DNA of 64,000 nucleotides from an uncultured Bacteroidota bacterium (GTDB taxonomy: Bacteria > Bacteroidota > Bacteroidia > 2-12-FULL-35-15). Location of the stretch: positions 7,950 to 71,949 of the forward strand of contig CAVSHK010000024.1 in NCBI GenBank assembly GCA_963727705.1. The letters run 5' to 3'. The notes under the pieces were generated by a model. The model searched no databases, was not told the origin of the DNA, and was given only the letters and a program-made list of their open reading frames with translations. A program made the position numbers and the translations under genes. Positions 8,145 to 18,393 of this stretch are shown in pieces. Each line of letters opens with the position of its first letter. The stretch's first letter is position 1.

Positions 8145-11100
8145 ATGAAAAAAACCACCAAGGTTACACTATCTGTTTTTGTGATAGCCATCGCATCTGT
8201 TTTTGTTTCTGAGTATGGCTCCTCGGCCAATGGCAATAATTCAAAACCTCCAACAAACACATGTGGCTCTCCTGCCGACAATAATTGTAGTAATTGCCAT
8301 GGATCAGCAACAACAAGCTATACTACATCTATAACTTCTAACATCCCTTCTTCGGGCTATATCTCCGGTCAAACATATACTGTTAATGTTTATGTAAATG
8401 CCGGCACATCAAAAAGATTTGGTTTTGAATGCTCTCCACAAGTTAACAGTGGTACAAGAACCATTATAGGAACTGTAGCTGCAATGGGTACCGATCAAAT
8501 AGATGGTACGGGCTATATCTCTCATAACGGTGGTCAGGTAGGAACTTCTTACACCTGGCAATTTCAATGGACGGCACCCGGATCGGCAACTCAAACAGCT
8601 GCTAATGCTACAGGTAATAAAGCTAATGGCTTTTTTTATTCTTCTATTTTAATTGCAAATAATAATGGTACTAATGATAATGGAGATCATCCGCAACAGA
8701 CCAATACTGCTCTTACAGAAAATACCGCTGCATCTGTTGTGGTAACAGCAAGTGCCACTACCATTTGTTCCGGAACAAGTGTGGTTTTTACAGCAACTCC
8801 AACTAATGGAGGTGGCGGTCCTACTTATCAATGGCAGTTAAATGGCAATAATGTAGGATCTAATAGTACTACTTATACATCCTCAAGTTTAGCCAATAGT
8901 GATGTAGTAACTTGTATTTTAACATCCAACAAAACTGGAGTTACCGCCAGTCCTGCTACCTCCAATTCTGTAACAATGTCTGTTAATCAAACACCTGCCA
9001 TCACAGGAACAACCCCTGCCGCACGATGTGATGCAGGAACCCTAGTATTAGGAGCAACCGCAAGTGCAGGAACAATTAACTGGTATTCAGGTTCAAGTGG
9101 AGGTTCTTCGTTATATTCAGGAACCAGCTATACAACACTGAACATCTCTTCAACAACAACCTATTATGTAGATGCAACCAGTAATGGTTGTACAACACCT
9201 GCTAGAACGGCAGTAACCGCAACAATAAACACAACACCCGCTGTGCCAACAGCAGGTAGCAATTCTCCGGTTTGTCAAGGTGATAATATTCTTTTAAACT
9301 CATCAACATCAAGTGGAACATACAATTGGACGGGCCCAAACTCTTTTACATCAACATCACAAAATCCCGCAATAGGAGGTGCAACACAGTTAATGGCAGG
9401 AACATATTCAGTTACTGCTTCACAAAATGGTTGTACCAGCGCATCAGGTACAACAACAGTAATTGTTAATGCGCCGGCTACACCAACAGCATCCATTGCT
9501 GTTATAGCAGGATCAAATACTACTTGTTCGGGTCAGTCGATAACATTTTCTGTTACACCAACTAACGGTGGGTCAAGTCCTACATACCAATGGTTGGTGA
9601 ATAAAGTGGCAGCGCCAGGAACAAATAACAGTAATACATATACCTATAACAATTTTAATAATAATGATACTATAACGTGTGTACTTACTTCCAATGCCAC
9701 TTGCTTGACTACGGCAATAGATACTTCTAACGGAATAGTGATTACAATAACACCTAAAGTTGCACCGTCTGTTTCCATAACTGTTACCGGTGGTTCAAAT
9801 CCTAGCTGTTCCGGACAAACAGTAACATTTACAGCTTCTACAACAAATGGTGGTTCAAGTCCAAGTTATCAATGGCAATTGAATGGCAGTAATGTTGGTA
9901 GTAATCAAAATACTTATTCAAATAATGCGATGGCCAACAATGATGTTGTAAGATGCATTTTAAATTCTAATGCCAGTTGTTTAACTACTTCGATTGACAC
10001 TTCAGCTGTAATTACGATGACGGTGAACTCTTCGCTTGTTCCGGCAGTTTCAATTGCACCATCATTAGGCTCAACGACTGTTTGCCAAGGTCAATCGGTT
10101 CAGTTTAATGCGTTTCCAACTAACGGTGGTTCAAACCCAACTTACCAATGGACATTAGATGGAAACGTTGTAGGAAATAGCAGTGCAACATACACAAACC
10201 CTGCATTAACAAACGGTCAAAAAATAGCCTGTACAATGACATCGAGCTCCGGTTGTGCTAATCCTACTACTGCAAATTCCGGCACATTAACAATGGTGGT
10301 AACACCAACAGTAACACCAACAGTAACAATTAATGGTTCAAATACTATGTGTGCAGGTACGGCTGTAACTTATACTGCCAGTGCAACTAACCAAGGTTCA
10401 AATGCTACTTATGATTGGAAGATAAATGGAGTAAGTGTTCAAAGTGGTTCATCATGGTTTTTTTCCCCGACTAATTTATCAAACAATGATACCATATCAT
10501 GTGTACTTACGCCTATAGCTTCAACGTGTGCAAGTCCTTCGTCAGTTACGTCAAACACAATTACAGTAGCAGTTACTCCGGTCGCTAATCCTTCTGCATC
10601 TATCGCAATTACCGGTGGTTCAAACCCAAGTTGCAGTGGTCAGTTTGTAACATTTTCAGTTACCGTAACAGACCAGGGTACAACTCCAAGTTACAAATGG
10701 AATATAAATGGCACCGCCGCCGCAGGAATAAATAATGGTACTACATATCAATCAAGCAGCTTAGCTACAAACGATACAGTAACATGCGTACTGACATCCA
10801 ACGCGGCTTGTGCTTCATCTTCTGTAGTTGCTTCCAACAAAATTGGCATGACGGTAACTTCTGCATATTCTCCATCTCTTACTATTGCAGGAACAACGTC
10901 CACTTGCAGTGGACAAGCAGTTACTTTTACAGCTTCGCCTTATGGAGGAGGTTCTTCACCTTCATATCAATGGGGATTAGATGGTTCTCCTACAGGAACA
11001 AATAGTCCAACATACGGACCCGTTATATTAAACAATGGTCAAGTAATTACATGTACCATGACGTCGAGTTCATCCTGTGCAAACCCAACAACAGCTGCAT

Positions 11101-12668
11101 CGAATACACTAACTATGGTGGTCACGCCAACTGTTATACCTTCAGTATCAATTGCGGGCTTAAACTCAATATGCGCTGGAACAGTTGTAACGTTTACTGC
11201 TTCGGCAAACAGTCCGGGTACCAATCCCGTTTACCAGTGGAAATTAAATGGTAATTCTGTTGGAGCGAATAGTAATACATATACATCATCCAATAATTTG
11301 ACAAACAATAGCATAATAACTTGTGTGCTTACATCTAATGAAGCCTGTGCCAGCCCTACAACAGTAACAGCAACACCTGTTACAATGAGTGTTACCGCGG
11401 TTGTTCATCCTTCGGTTTCTCTTTATTTTCAAACAGGATCAAACCCAAGATGTTCTTCCGATCCTTTAACATTTCAAGCTTTAACCAGCCAACCCGGTAC
11501 TTCTCCAGGTTATCAATGGCTGGTAAACGGTAATCCTGCCTCAGGTTCTGCCAACAGTGACACCTACACTCCCGGCAGCTTGAATAACAATGATATTGTA
11601 ACTTGCGTGCTTACGTCAAATGCAGTATGTGCAAGTTCCTCAACAGTAAGCTCAACACCCGTTACAATGAGTGTTACAACAGCAATGACACCGTCTATCG
11701 TTATTACTACAAATTCAACCACAGTTAATGCTGGCACATTGGTAACATTTACCGCTACGCCAACTTATGGTGGTTCAAACCCCACTTATCAGTGGCAAAT
11801 AGACGGTGCATTTGTAGGAGGTACAGGTAGTTCTACTTATTCAACAAATTCTTTAACAACCGGGCAAACGGTGTCCTGTGTTTTAACTTCTGATTATTCA
11901 TGTATAACACAAGCAACGACTGCATCCAATAACATTACAATGGTTATTACTCCTACATTATTACCGGCTCCTCCAACAATTACACAAACCGTTAATAATA
12001 ACAGTGTGAATTTGACTTCAAGTGCATTAAGCGGCAATCAGTGGTATTATAATGGAATTATTATCCCCGGAGCTACTTCAAAAACATATACGGCAACTCA
12101 AAACGGTGTATATTATGTGGTGGTAACAAACGGTTCAACTATTTTACAATCTGCCCCTGCCGGTATTGCTGTGCCTGTAACTATTGTTCAAAATGATACT
12201 TTATTAACATCTAGCTCTGTATCAGGTAATCAGTGGTATTTAGACGGGGTTGCGATTCCAGATTCCACCGGACAAACAATTATTGCAACTCAAAATGGTT
12301 ATTACTCCGTTGTTGTAACAATTAATGGAGTGTCATCCTCATCGGCAACACCTGTTTTAGTCAATGCGTTTTCATCATCGGCCACAACAACAACCGAAAT
12401 AAATATGATTGCAAGCAACAATACTATAATGGTATCTCCAAGTCCGAATGATGGCAATTTTCAAATAGCATTTAATATAGATGTAAATGCAACGTATAAT
12501 TTGGAAATAAGGGACTTATTAGGTCAGTTAGTTTATACTGAATTGCTTGAAAATTTTTCAGGAACATATGATAAAAAAATAAATTTATCAGGTTATGGAA
12601 AAGGGGTATATGTGGTTAGTATAACAAGTACTAAATTTAAAACCGTAAAAAAGATAGTAGTATATTAA
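8145..12668 (+). CDS. giant T9SS-secreted surface protein: CXXCH-containing N-terminal domain, many Ig-like cysteine-bracketed modules, and a C-terminal T9SS sorting domain
   Basis: The ORF is open from 8079. The ATG at 8145 gives signal peptide MKKTTKVTLSVFVIAIASVFV. CSNCHG occurs near the N-terminus. There are 10 modules of the type C.G..V.FTA.PTNGGS.P.YQW.LNG..VG....Y......N.D.V.C.LTS...C. The last ~80 aa (..NFQIAFNIDVNATYNLEIRDLLGQLVY..KGVYVVSITS..FKTVKKIVVY) match the T9SS type A sorting-domain pattern. Confidence 0.9.
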   Translation: MKKTTKVTLSVFVIAIASVFVSEYGSSANGNNSKPPTNTCGSPADNNCSNCHGSATTSYTTSITSNIPSSGYISGQTYTVNVYVNAGTSKRFGFECSPQVNSGTRTIIGTVAAMGTDQIDGTGYISHNGGQVGTSYTWQFQWTAPGSATQTAANATGNKANGFFYSSILIANNNGTNDNGDHPQQTNTALTENTAASVVVTASATTICSGTSVVFTATPTNGGGGPTYQWQLNGNNVGSNSTTYTSSSLANSDVVTCILTSNKTGVTASPATSNSVTMSVNQTPAITGTTPAARCDAGTLVLGATASAGTINWYSGSSGGSSLYSGTSYTTLNISSTTTYYVDATSNGCTTPARTAVTATINTTPAVPTAGSNSPVCQGDNILLNSSTSSGTYNWTGPNSFTSTSQNPAIGGATQLMAGTYSVTASQNGCTSASGTTTVIVNAPATPTASIAVIAGSNTTCSGQSITFSVTPTNGGSSPTYQWLVNKVAAPGTNNSNTYTYNNFNNNDTITCVLTSNATCLTTAIDTSNGIVITITPKVAPSVSITVTGGSNPSCSGQTVTFTASTTNGGSSPSYQWQLNGSNVGSNQNTYSNNAMANNDVVRCILNSNASCLTTSIDTSAVITMTVNSSLVPAVSIAPSLGSTTVCQGQSVQFNAFPTNGGSNPTYQWTLDGNVVGNSSATYTNPALTNGQKIACTMTSSSGCANPTTANSGTLTMVVTPTVTPTVTINGSNTMCAGTAVTYTASATNQGSNATYDWKINGVSVQSGSSWFFSPTNLSNNDTISCVLTPIASTCASPSSVTSNTITVAVTPVANPSASIAITGGSNPSCSGQFVTFSVTVTDQGTTPSYKWNINGTAAAGINNGTTYQSSSLATNDTVTCVLTSNAACASSSVVASNKIGMTVTSAYSPSLTIAGTTSTCSGQAVTFTASPYGGGSSPSYQWGLDGSPTGTNSPTYGPVILNNGQVITCTMTSSSSCANPTTAASNTLTMVVTPTVIPSVSIAGLNSICAGTVVTFTASANSPGTNPVYQWKLNGNSVGANSNTYTSSNNLTNNSIITCVLTSNEACASPTTVTATPVTMSVTAVVHPSVSLYFQTGSNPRCSSDPLTFQALTSQPGTSPGYQWLVNGNPASGSANSDTYTPGSLNNNDIVTCVLTSNAVCASSSTVSSTPVTMSVTTAMTPSIVITTNSTTVNAGTLVTFTATPTYGGSNPTYQWQIDGAFVGGTGSSTYSTNSLTTGQTVSCVLTSDYSCITQATTASNNITMVITPTLLPAPPTITQTVNNNSVNLTSSALSGNQWYYNGIIIPGATSKTYTATQNGVYYVVVTNGSTILQSAPAGIAVPVTIVQNDTLLTSSSVSGNQWYLDGVAIPDSTGQTIIATQNGYYSVVVTINGVSSSSATPVLVNAFSSSATTTTEINMIASNNTIMVSPSPNDGNFQIAFNIDVNATYNLEIRDLLGQLVYTELLENFSGTYDKKINLSGYGKGVYVVSITSTKFKTVKKIVVY
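9475..11955 (+). repeat. nine consecutive in-frame tandem coding repeats (~92 aa / ~276 bp each) inside the giant surface-protein gene
   Basis: Successive units carry PTYQWLVN, PSYQWQLNG, PTYQWTLDG, ATYDWKING, PSYKWNING, PSYQWGLDG, PVYQWKLNG, PGYQWLVNG and PTYQWQIDG. One further unit lies at ~8733-8990. Confidence 0.85.
12426..12665 (+). other. T9SS type A C-terminal sorting domain of the giant protein
   Basis: A terminal ~80 aa beta-sandwich pattern ending in ..KIVVY*. See the parent CDS. Confidence 0.8.
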
Positions 12669-12762
12669 GAATAATGTTGTTTGTTATTTTATTGAGAAAG
12701 GTTACAGAGTACATCGTAATAAAATCCTTGAAAAAGTTGTTGTATTATATTTGAAAAGACGA

Positions 12763-13437
12763 ATGTTTATGAAAAGTAATGTTATTTATTTATTAGCAAG
12801 CTCACTTATTTTGTTTTCGTGTAGAAATGATAAAGGGCCGTTGCCCATTGCTGCAACAGCTGCAAGTGTTTCAGAATGCGATACTTCAGGATATTATACC
12901 GATGATATTGCTCCTATGATGACAGCAAAATGTGCAATGCCCGGATGTCATGTTGCCGGTTTTTCTTCAGGTGACCTTACTACATATATAGGAGTAAAGG
13001 CAAAAGTAGACAATGGTTCCATGAAAAACAGGGTTGTTAATTTAAAAAATATGCCTCCTGCCGGAAACCCTGCCTTAACAGACCTTGAATTAAAGCATCT
13101 GAATTGTTGGCTGAATAAAGGAGCCCCTGACAATTCTAAAAATCCTTCTACCTCTCAGGCAACAGCATGTACTGCCACTATTTCCTATTCTTTAACAATA
13201 GCATCCATAATATCTGCTAATTGTTCTTCATCCGGAGCTTGTCATGGAACGTCTTCTGTAAATGGCGATTATACCACTTATGCAGGATTAAAAGCAGATG
13301 CGAGCAATGGCAAACTAAACAACAGAGTTGTAGTAAATAACAATACTCACAACGCCCCCGCTTACGTCCCCCCTATTTCAGCCACTGACAGAGATAAAAT
13401 AAATTGTTGGATACAACAAAGCGCTCCTAATAACTAA
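12763..13437 (+). CDS. lipoprotein with two tandem cytochrome-c-like (PSCyt1-like) domains carrying non-canonical C-x4/5-CH motifs
   Basis: Lipobox LILFSC. Repeat 1 is KCAMPGCH..GD.TTY.GVKAKVDNGSM.NRV..LKNMPP....L.D.E...LNCWL..GAP. Repeat 2 is NCSSSGACHG..NGDYTTYAGLKADASNGKLNNRV.......VPP.SATDRDKINCWIQQSAP. Confidence 0.6.
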   Translation: MFMKSNVIYLLASSLILFSCRNDKGPLPIAATAASVSECDTSGYYTDDIAPMMTAKCAMPGCHVAGFSSGDLTTYIGVKAKVDNGSMKNRVVNLKNMPPAGNPALTDLELKHLNCWLNKGAPDNSKNPSTSQATACTATISYSLTIASIISANCSSSGACHGTSSVNGDYTTYAGLKADASNGKLNNRVVVNNNTHNAPAYVPPISATDRDKINCWIQQSAPNN

Positions 13438-13486
13438 TCAGCAGAATAAGAGAAATCACCAAATTACAAACCCAATAATAAACACT

Positions 13487-14035
13487 ATGAAAAAGTTAAT
13501 ATTGCTATCAGCAGTTGTTACTGCTTTTACTTCGGAAATTTCTGCACAAATTTTTATGGCACAGGCTGGGGAAGCCAGCTTTTTTTCTCCAACCCCGGTA
13601 GAAAACATTACTGCAACTTCTAAAACAGCCAAGTATATTTTAAATACCAAAACTCAGGATATACAAGCTAAAATTGCTATGACCAGTTTTGTATTTGAAA
13701 AACCACTTATGCAGGAGCATTTCAATGAAAATTATGTAGAAAGTGAAAAATACCCTCACGCCATTTTAAAAGGGAAAATCAATGAAAAGATAGATTTTAC
13801 CAAAGATGGAGAACATCCTGTAACAGTTACGGGAATAATGTCCATTCATGGTGTGGATAAAGAATATTCTATTCCCGGAAAGTTGATTGTAAAAGGCGAC
13901 CAAATTATTATATCTTCTACATTCAAACTTAAATTTGCAGATCATAATATTGTTATCCCAAGCTTATATACAGGCGTTATTCCGCCCGATACAGAGGTTA
14001 AAATAAATTCTATACTTGAGCCATTTAAAAAATAA
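13487..14035 (+). CDS. YceI-like domain protein (secreted)
   Basis: 182 aa with a signal peptide. MQEHFNENYVESEKYPHAILKGKI and GIMSIHGVDKEY fit the YceI-like subfamily common in Bacteroidota. Confidence 0.65.
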   Translation: MKKLILLSAVVTAFTSEISAQIFMAQAGEASFFSPTPVENITATSKTAKYILNTKTQDIQAKIAMTSFVFEKPLMQEHFNENYVESEKYPHAILKGKINEKIDFTKDGEHPVTVTGIMSIHGVDKEYSIPGKLIVKGDQIIISSTFKLKFADHNIVIPSLYTGVIPPDTEVKINSILEPFKK

Positions 14036-14063
14036 TATTAAAATTAAATTCTAAAACATAGTG

Positions 14064-15023
14064 ATGATTTCTAACAGGATTATTGGAGTACTGCTATTTT
14101 CAAGCATCAGCAGTATTGTTTTTTCACAGGACGATATGTTAAGCATGCTGGATTCTGTAGGAGAAACAAACAAAACACATGAAAAAGTTCTAACAACTTT
14201 TAAAGAATCAAGAATAGTAAATTTACAAACCACCGAAACGGTAAAAGCAAAAACAATGGCATTTAATATTTCCCACCTTTTTGGGAATATTGGCGTACAA
14301 AGCAATGGAGGCGCTCACACACTTTACGGATTAGACAATGTTTCGGACATCCGTTTTGCACTTGATTACGGAATAACGAATGATTTAACCGTAGGTGTAG
14401 GCAGAAGCAAACAATCTGAAATGATTGACGGGCTGGTAAAATACCGTATTTGTACTCAAACTACAGACAATCATTTTCCGGTATCCTTAGCTTTTTATGG
14501 TGATATGGGCTATAATCCTCAAACTGATAATGTTTTTTACAGCGGATTATCCCCAACAGCAGATTTTAAAAAAAACGATATGCAGCGTATCTCTTATGTT
14601 TCACAGTTAATTATTGCTCGCAAATTCGGTTCGCGCTTATCAGTTGAATTAGTGCCTACATACCAACACCGCAACTATGTATTGGCAATGATTAATTCTA
14701 ACAACGGAGCTTACGAAACCAATGATTTATATGCAATGGCAACAGGGTTCAGGTTTAAAATCACGAATCGGGTGTTGATAGTTGCTGATTATTTTTATAC
14801 CTTTTCCAAATATCGCGACCATAACAGTGCTAATCCATTTTATAATCCATTGGCCGTAGGAGTGGAAATTGAAACAGGGGGTCATGTGTTTCATTTAAAC
14901 TTTACAAATGCTTCAGGCTTGATAGAAAACAATTTGCTTCCGAAAACAACAGATAGCTGGTTGAAAGGGGGATTTAAATTCGGATTCAACATATCAAGGG
15001 TGTTTAACGTTGGTAAAAAATAA
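14064..15023 (+). CDS. outer-membrane beta-barrel protein (DUF5777-like)
   Basis: ~319 aa with a signal peptide. Alternating beta-strand pattern; motifs FNISHLFG.....G.H.LYGLD...DIRF.L.YGI...L.VG.GRS; aromatic-rich C-terminal strands. The family name comes from memory of the motif, not from a search. Confidence 0.55.
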   Translation: MISNRIIGVLLFSSISSIVFSQDDMLSMLDSVGETNKTHEKVLTTFKESRIVNLQTTETVKAKTMAFNISHLFGNIGVQSNGGAHTLYGLDNVSDIRFALDYGITNDLTVGVGRSKQSEMIDGLVKYRICTQTTDNHFPVSLAFYGDMGYNPQTDNVFYSGLSPTADFKKNDMQRISYVSQLIIARKFGSRLSVELVPTYQHRNYVLAMINSNNGAYETNDLYAMATGFRFKITNRVLIVADYFYTFSKYRDHNSANPFYNPLAVGVEIETGGHVFHLNFTNASGLIENNLLPKTTDSWLKGGFKFGFNISRVFNVGKK

Positions 15024-15032
15024 AAAGAGTTG

Positions 15033-15806
15033 TTATTGTATTCTCCTTCTAAATTCAGAACAAATAATGGCTGTAGCTATTGCTGCATTTAGCGATTCAG
15101 CAGTTTCGTTTCCTGGTTTAAAAGATGAAAAAGATGGAATACCTATTTTATTTGTAATATAGGGCAACAAATTTTCTGATATCCCTCTCGACTCATTTCC
15201 AATAACCAGCAAACCATTTTCCGGTAATGTTTTCGAATAAATATTTTCTCCATTCAATACCGCTCCAAAACTTTCAATTTTTAATGTCAGACTTTCCGTT
15301 TTAAAAAATTCCATTAAATCTATCTTATGAATTTTTACTCTTGCGATGGAACCCATCGTTGCCTGTACAACCTTTGGATTAAAGGCTTCTACCGTTTCGT
15401 TACTGCAAATAATGTGTTCCACACCAAACCAATCGGCAATACGAATAATTGTTCCCAAATTGCCCGGATCTTTAATGTCATCCAGCACAAATGTTAATTT
15501 GTTATCAAGTTGTGTTGTAATTAAGTTATAATTGGGTGTTTCGCAAATCGCCAAAACCTCATTAGGTGTGGTAAGCAAAGATATTTGTTCAAGTTCGGAT
15601 GCTTTAATTTCAATGCATTCTGTTTTTGCACTAATTGTTGTCTTTTCTAAAAAGGAAGATGTGGCAAATAATTGTTTTATCACAATAGAAGAATTTAACA
15701 ATTCAGCAACCACCTTGGTTCCCTCTGCAATAAATAAATGCAGAGCTTCTCTGTTTTTTTTTTGCTTTAACGAATTGACAAACTGCTGTTGCTTTTTTAA
15801 TAACAT
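15033..15806 (-). CDS. TrmH/SpoU family RNA 2'-O-methyltransferase
   Basis: 257 aa. Substrate-binding N-domain plus SpoU motifs DDIKDPGNLGTIIRIADWFG and LVIGNESRGIS. Confidence 0.85.
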   Translation of the reverse strand: MLLKKQQQFVNSLKQKKNREALHLFIAEGTKVVAELLNSSIVIKQLFATSSFLEKTTISAKTECIEIKASELEQISLLTTPNEVLAICETPNYNLITTQLDNKLTFVLDDIKDPGNLGTIIRIADWFGVEHIICSNETVEAFNPKVVQATMGSIARVKIHKIDLMEFFKTESLTLKIESFGAVLNGENIYSKTLPENGLLVIGNESRGISENLLPYITNKIGIPSFSSFKPGNETAESLNAAIATAIICSEFRRRIQ

Positions 15807-15882
15807 TAAGAGTATTGAATTTTTGTTTTAACAAATGTAGTAATTTAGCAGCCTTTAGGTAAAAGCAATCTACTAAAACTCA

Positions 15883-18346
15883 TTGAACAACATCAACCAA
15901 TATATCAAACCTTTACTCTTTATAGTAGCTATACTATTGCTGAATGCTTGTAATCCCTCTAAAAAGCTGAAAGAAGGCTCGTTTTTATTAAATAAAAATA
16001 TAATAAACATTAAAGATCACGAGACTCTTGACAAAACCGAAGTAGAAAGTTACATAAAACTTAAGCCAAATTACAGACTGCTGGCGCTGGTTCGGTTTAA
16101 TTTATGGTTGTATAATCTCGTTAATGAAGACCGCGTAAAACACAAACGCGAGATCAGAAACGAAAAAATTAAAGCGAAAAACGAAAAACGTGCTGCTAAA
16201 GGAAAAAAAACGAAGAGCTATAATCGTTTGCTTTTAGGAGAATGGATGTTAAAGGTTGGTGAACCACCGGTGGTTTATGATTCATTACTTATCAAAAAAT
16301 CAGTTCAGCAAATAAAGTTTTATCTGAATAACAAAGGATTCTTTTTAAGTACCGTTAAAGATTCTCTCTTTTATGAGGGACACAAAAAAGTGAACGTGTA
16401 TTATAACATTAAAACTAATGCTCCCTATAAAATAAGTAATGTCAGATATGAAATAGCTGATACGCTTTTAAAACGATATGTATATGCTGATACTGCCAAT
16501 TGCCTCATTAAAACAGGTTATAATTATGATTTTAACGTGATACAGCAGGAGCGCGACAGGATAGAATACCAACTCAATAATCATGGGTATTATTTGTTCA
16601 CAAAAGAGTTTATTTACTTTAAAATAGATACGATTTCAAACAAAGGAAAAGTAAATGTTATAGTAGGAATAAAAAATTATGCAAAAAAAGTAGAAGGCGC
16701 AACGGATTCGATTATTGAAACGGCTCACCAACAATTTTACATTCGAAATATATATATAGAAACCAATTATTCTTCATTGAAAAAGGACTCGGTGAGAATG
16801 GATACATTGATTGCAGGAAAAAATGGCGAATACAAAATTATATATGCCCATGAACTAAACTACAAGCTCAAAATTTTATTAGATGCAATATTTATAAATA
16901 AAGGTGATTTGTACAGATTTAAAGATGTAGAAGCCACCTATAAACGATTATCAGAAATAAAAGTTTTTAAATACGTAAATGTAATTTTTAAAGAGCAGCC
17001 TAACGATAAATTGGATTGCTATATACAATTAAGTCCTTCATTAAAACAGTCGTTAACACTCGAATCAGAAGGCACCAACTCTTCGGGCTATTTAGGTATT
17101 TCAGGTAGTGTTATTTATCAAAATAAAAATTTATTCAAAGGCTCTGAATTATTGGAATTAAAACTAAAAGGAGGTGTTTCTGCTCAGCGTAACTTGACCC
17201 AATCAACTTCCAGCACAGGAGGCTTCAACACCATCGAATTTGGGCCGGAGCTAAACATTTACCTTCCTCGGTTTTGGTTGCCAGATAAAGTTGCTATCCC
17301 TTCAAAAATAATAACACCAAGAACAGTTTTTACCAGTGGGCTCAATTATCAGCGACGCTCTGATTACACACGACTAATTACTAATTTTTCATTAGGGTAT
17401 ACCTGGAAACAATCATCAAAATGGCAACACGCTTTTTATCCCGTTGTTATCAATTTTGTAAAAGTTGATTTACAACCAAGTTTTCAAACGCTGGTCGATA
17501 CTCTAAAAAATCAATATATTACTAATAGTTTCAGCAACCACTTATCCACCAGTACCAGATATTCTTATACTTATAATGGTCAGAATTTGAATAAAGAAAA
17601 AAACTTTTCATTTTTCAAAATAAATTTAGAAGCGTCAGGTAATATATTAAGAGGACTTTACAATCTCACAAACAAAATTGAACCTAATACTTTTGTAAAA
17701 GATGACAAAGACAGATACACGTTCTTAAACATTGCCTACTCTCAATATATTCGTGCGGATGCAGAATACAGATATTATCTTGATTTGCATGATTTAGGTA
17801 AAATTGTTTTTAGGGTAGCCGGAGGAATAGGTAGAGTCTTTGGCAAATTACAATGTATTGCCATTTGAGCGCAGTTTCTTCAGCGGAGGTAGTAATGGCT
17901 TAAGAGCTTGGCAATCAAGAACAATTGGTCCAGGCTCCTACTCTGCACAAGGGTTTTCTTATGATAAATTTGGAGATGGGCAATTGGAGGGAAATATAGA
18001 ACATCGTTTTAAAATATTTAAAATGCTTAACGGAGCCATTTTTGTTGATGCCGGTAATGTGTGGCTAAGGAAACCCGATCCAACCGGACCTGGCCTCACC
18101 AGCCGTGTTGGAGGTGATTTTCAATTAAATCGTTTCTATAAAGAAATCGCTATTGGCACCGGAGTGGGTGTCCGTGCCGATTTTAGTTTCTTCATTGTTC
18201 GTATGGACATGGGTATAAAAGCCCGCGACCCGCAATTTGCAGAAAATGATCGCTGGGTACTTCAGCATTTGTTCGATAATGAATGGAAACAAAAAAATAG
18301 CTATAGTTTTTTGACGTTTAATTTGGGGGTAGGTTATCCATTTTAA
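15883..18346 (+). CDS. BamA/TamA-family outer-membrane assembly protein with lipoprotein signal (TamL-like); one frameshift (~17840) in this sequence
   Basis: Lipobox LLLNAC, a POTRA-like region, and a C-terminal Omp85 barrel (LPFERSFFSGGSNGLRAW..G.G). ORFs 15883-17868 and 17840-18346 join by a 1-nt shift. The start is TTG or uncertain. Confidence 0.75.
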
Positions 18347-18393
18347 AAACGTTAATCCGTTTTTAAAATCCTTTTTTTATTCGCAAAAATCAG

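Noticed and set aside
8096-11254. Numerous 60-75-aa antisense or alternative-frame ORFs inside the giant gene, and similar ones inside nirB, nasA, moeA and pgk
   Set aside because: All are nested within much longer, motif-supported genes and have low-complexity or repeat-mirroring composition. They are typical shadow ORFs.
9475-11955. Regular ~276-bp periodicity that could superficially suggest a repeat array or CRISPR
   Set aside because: The repeats are in-frame coding modules of one long ORF, with diverged sequence and no short identical direct repeats separated by unique spacers. This is not a CRISPR array.
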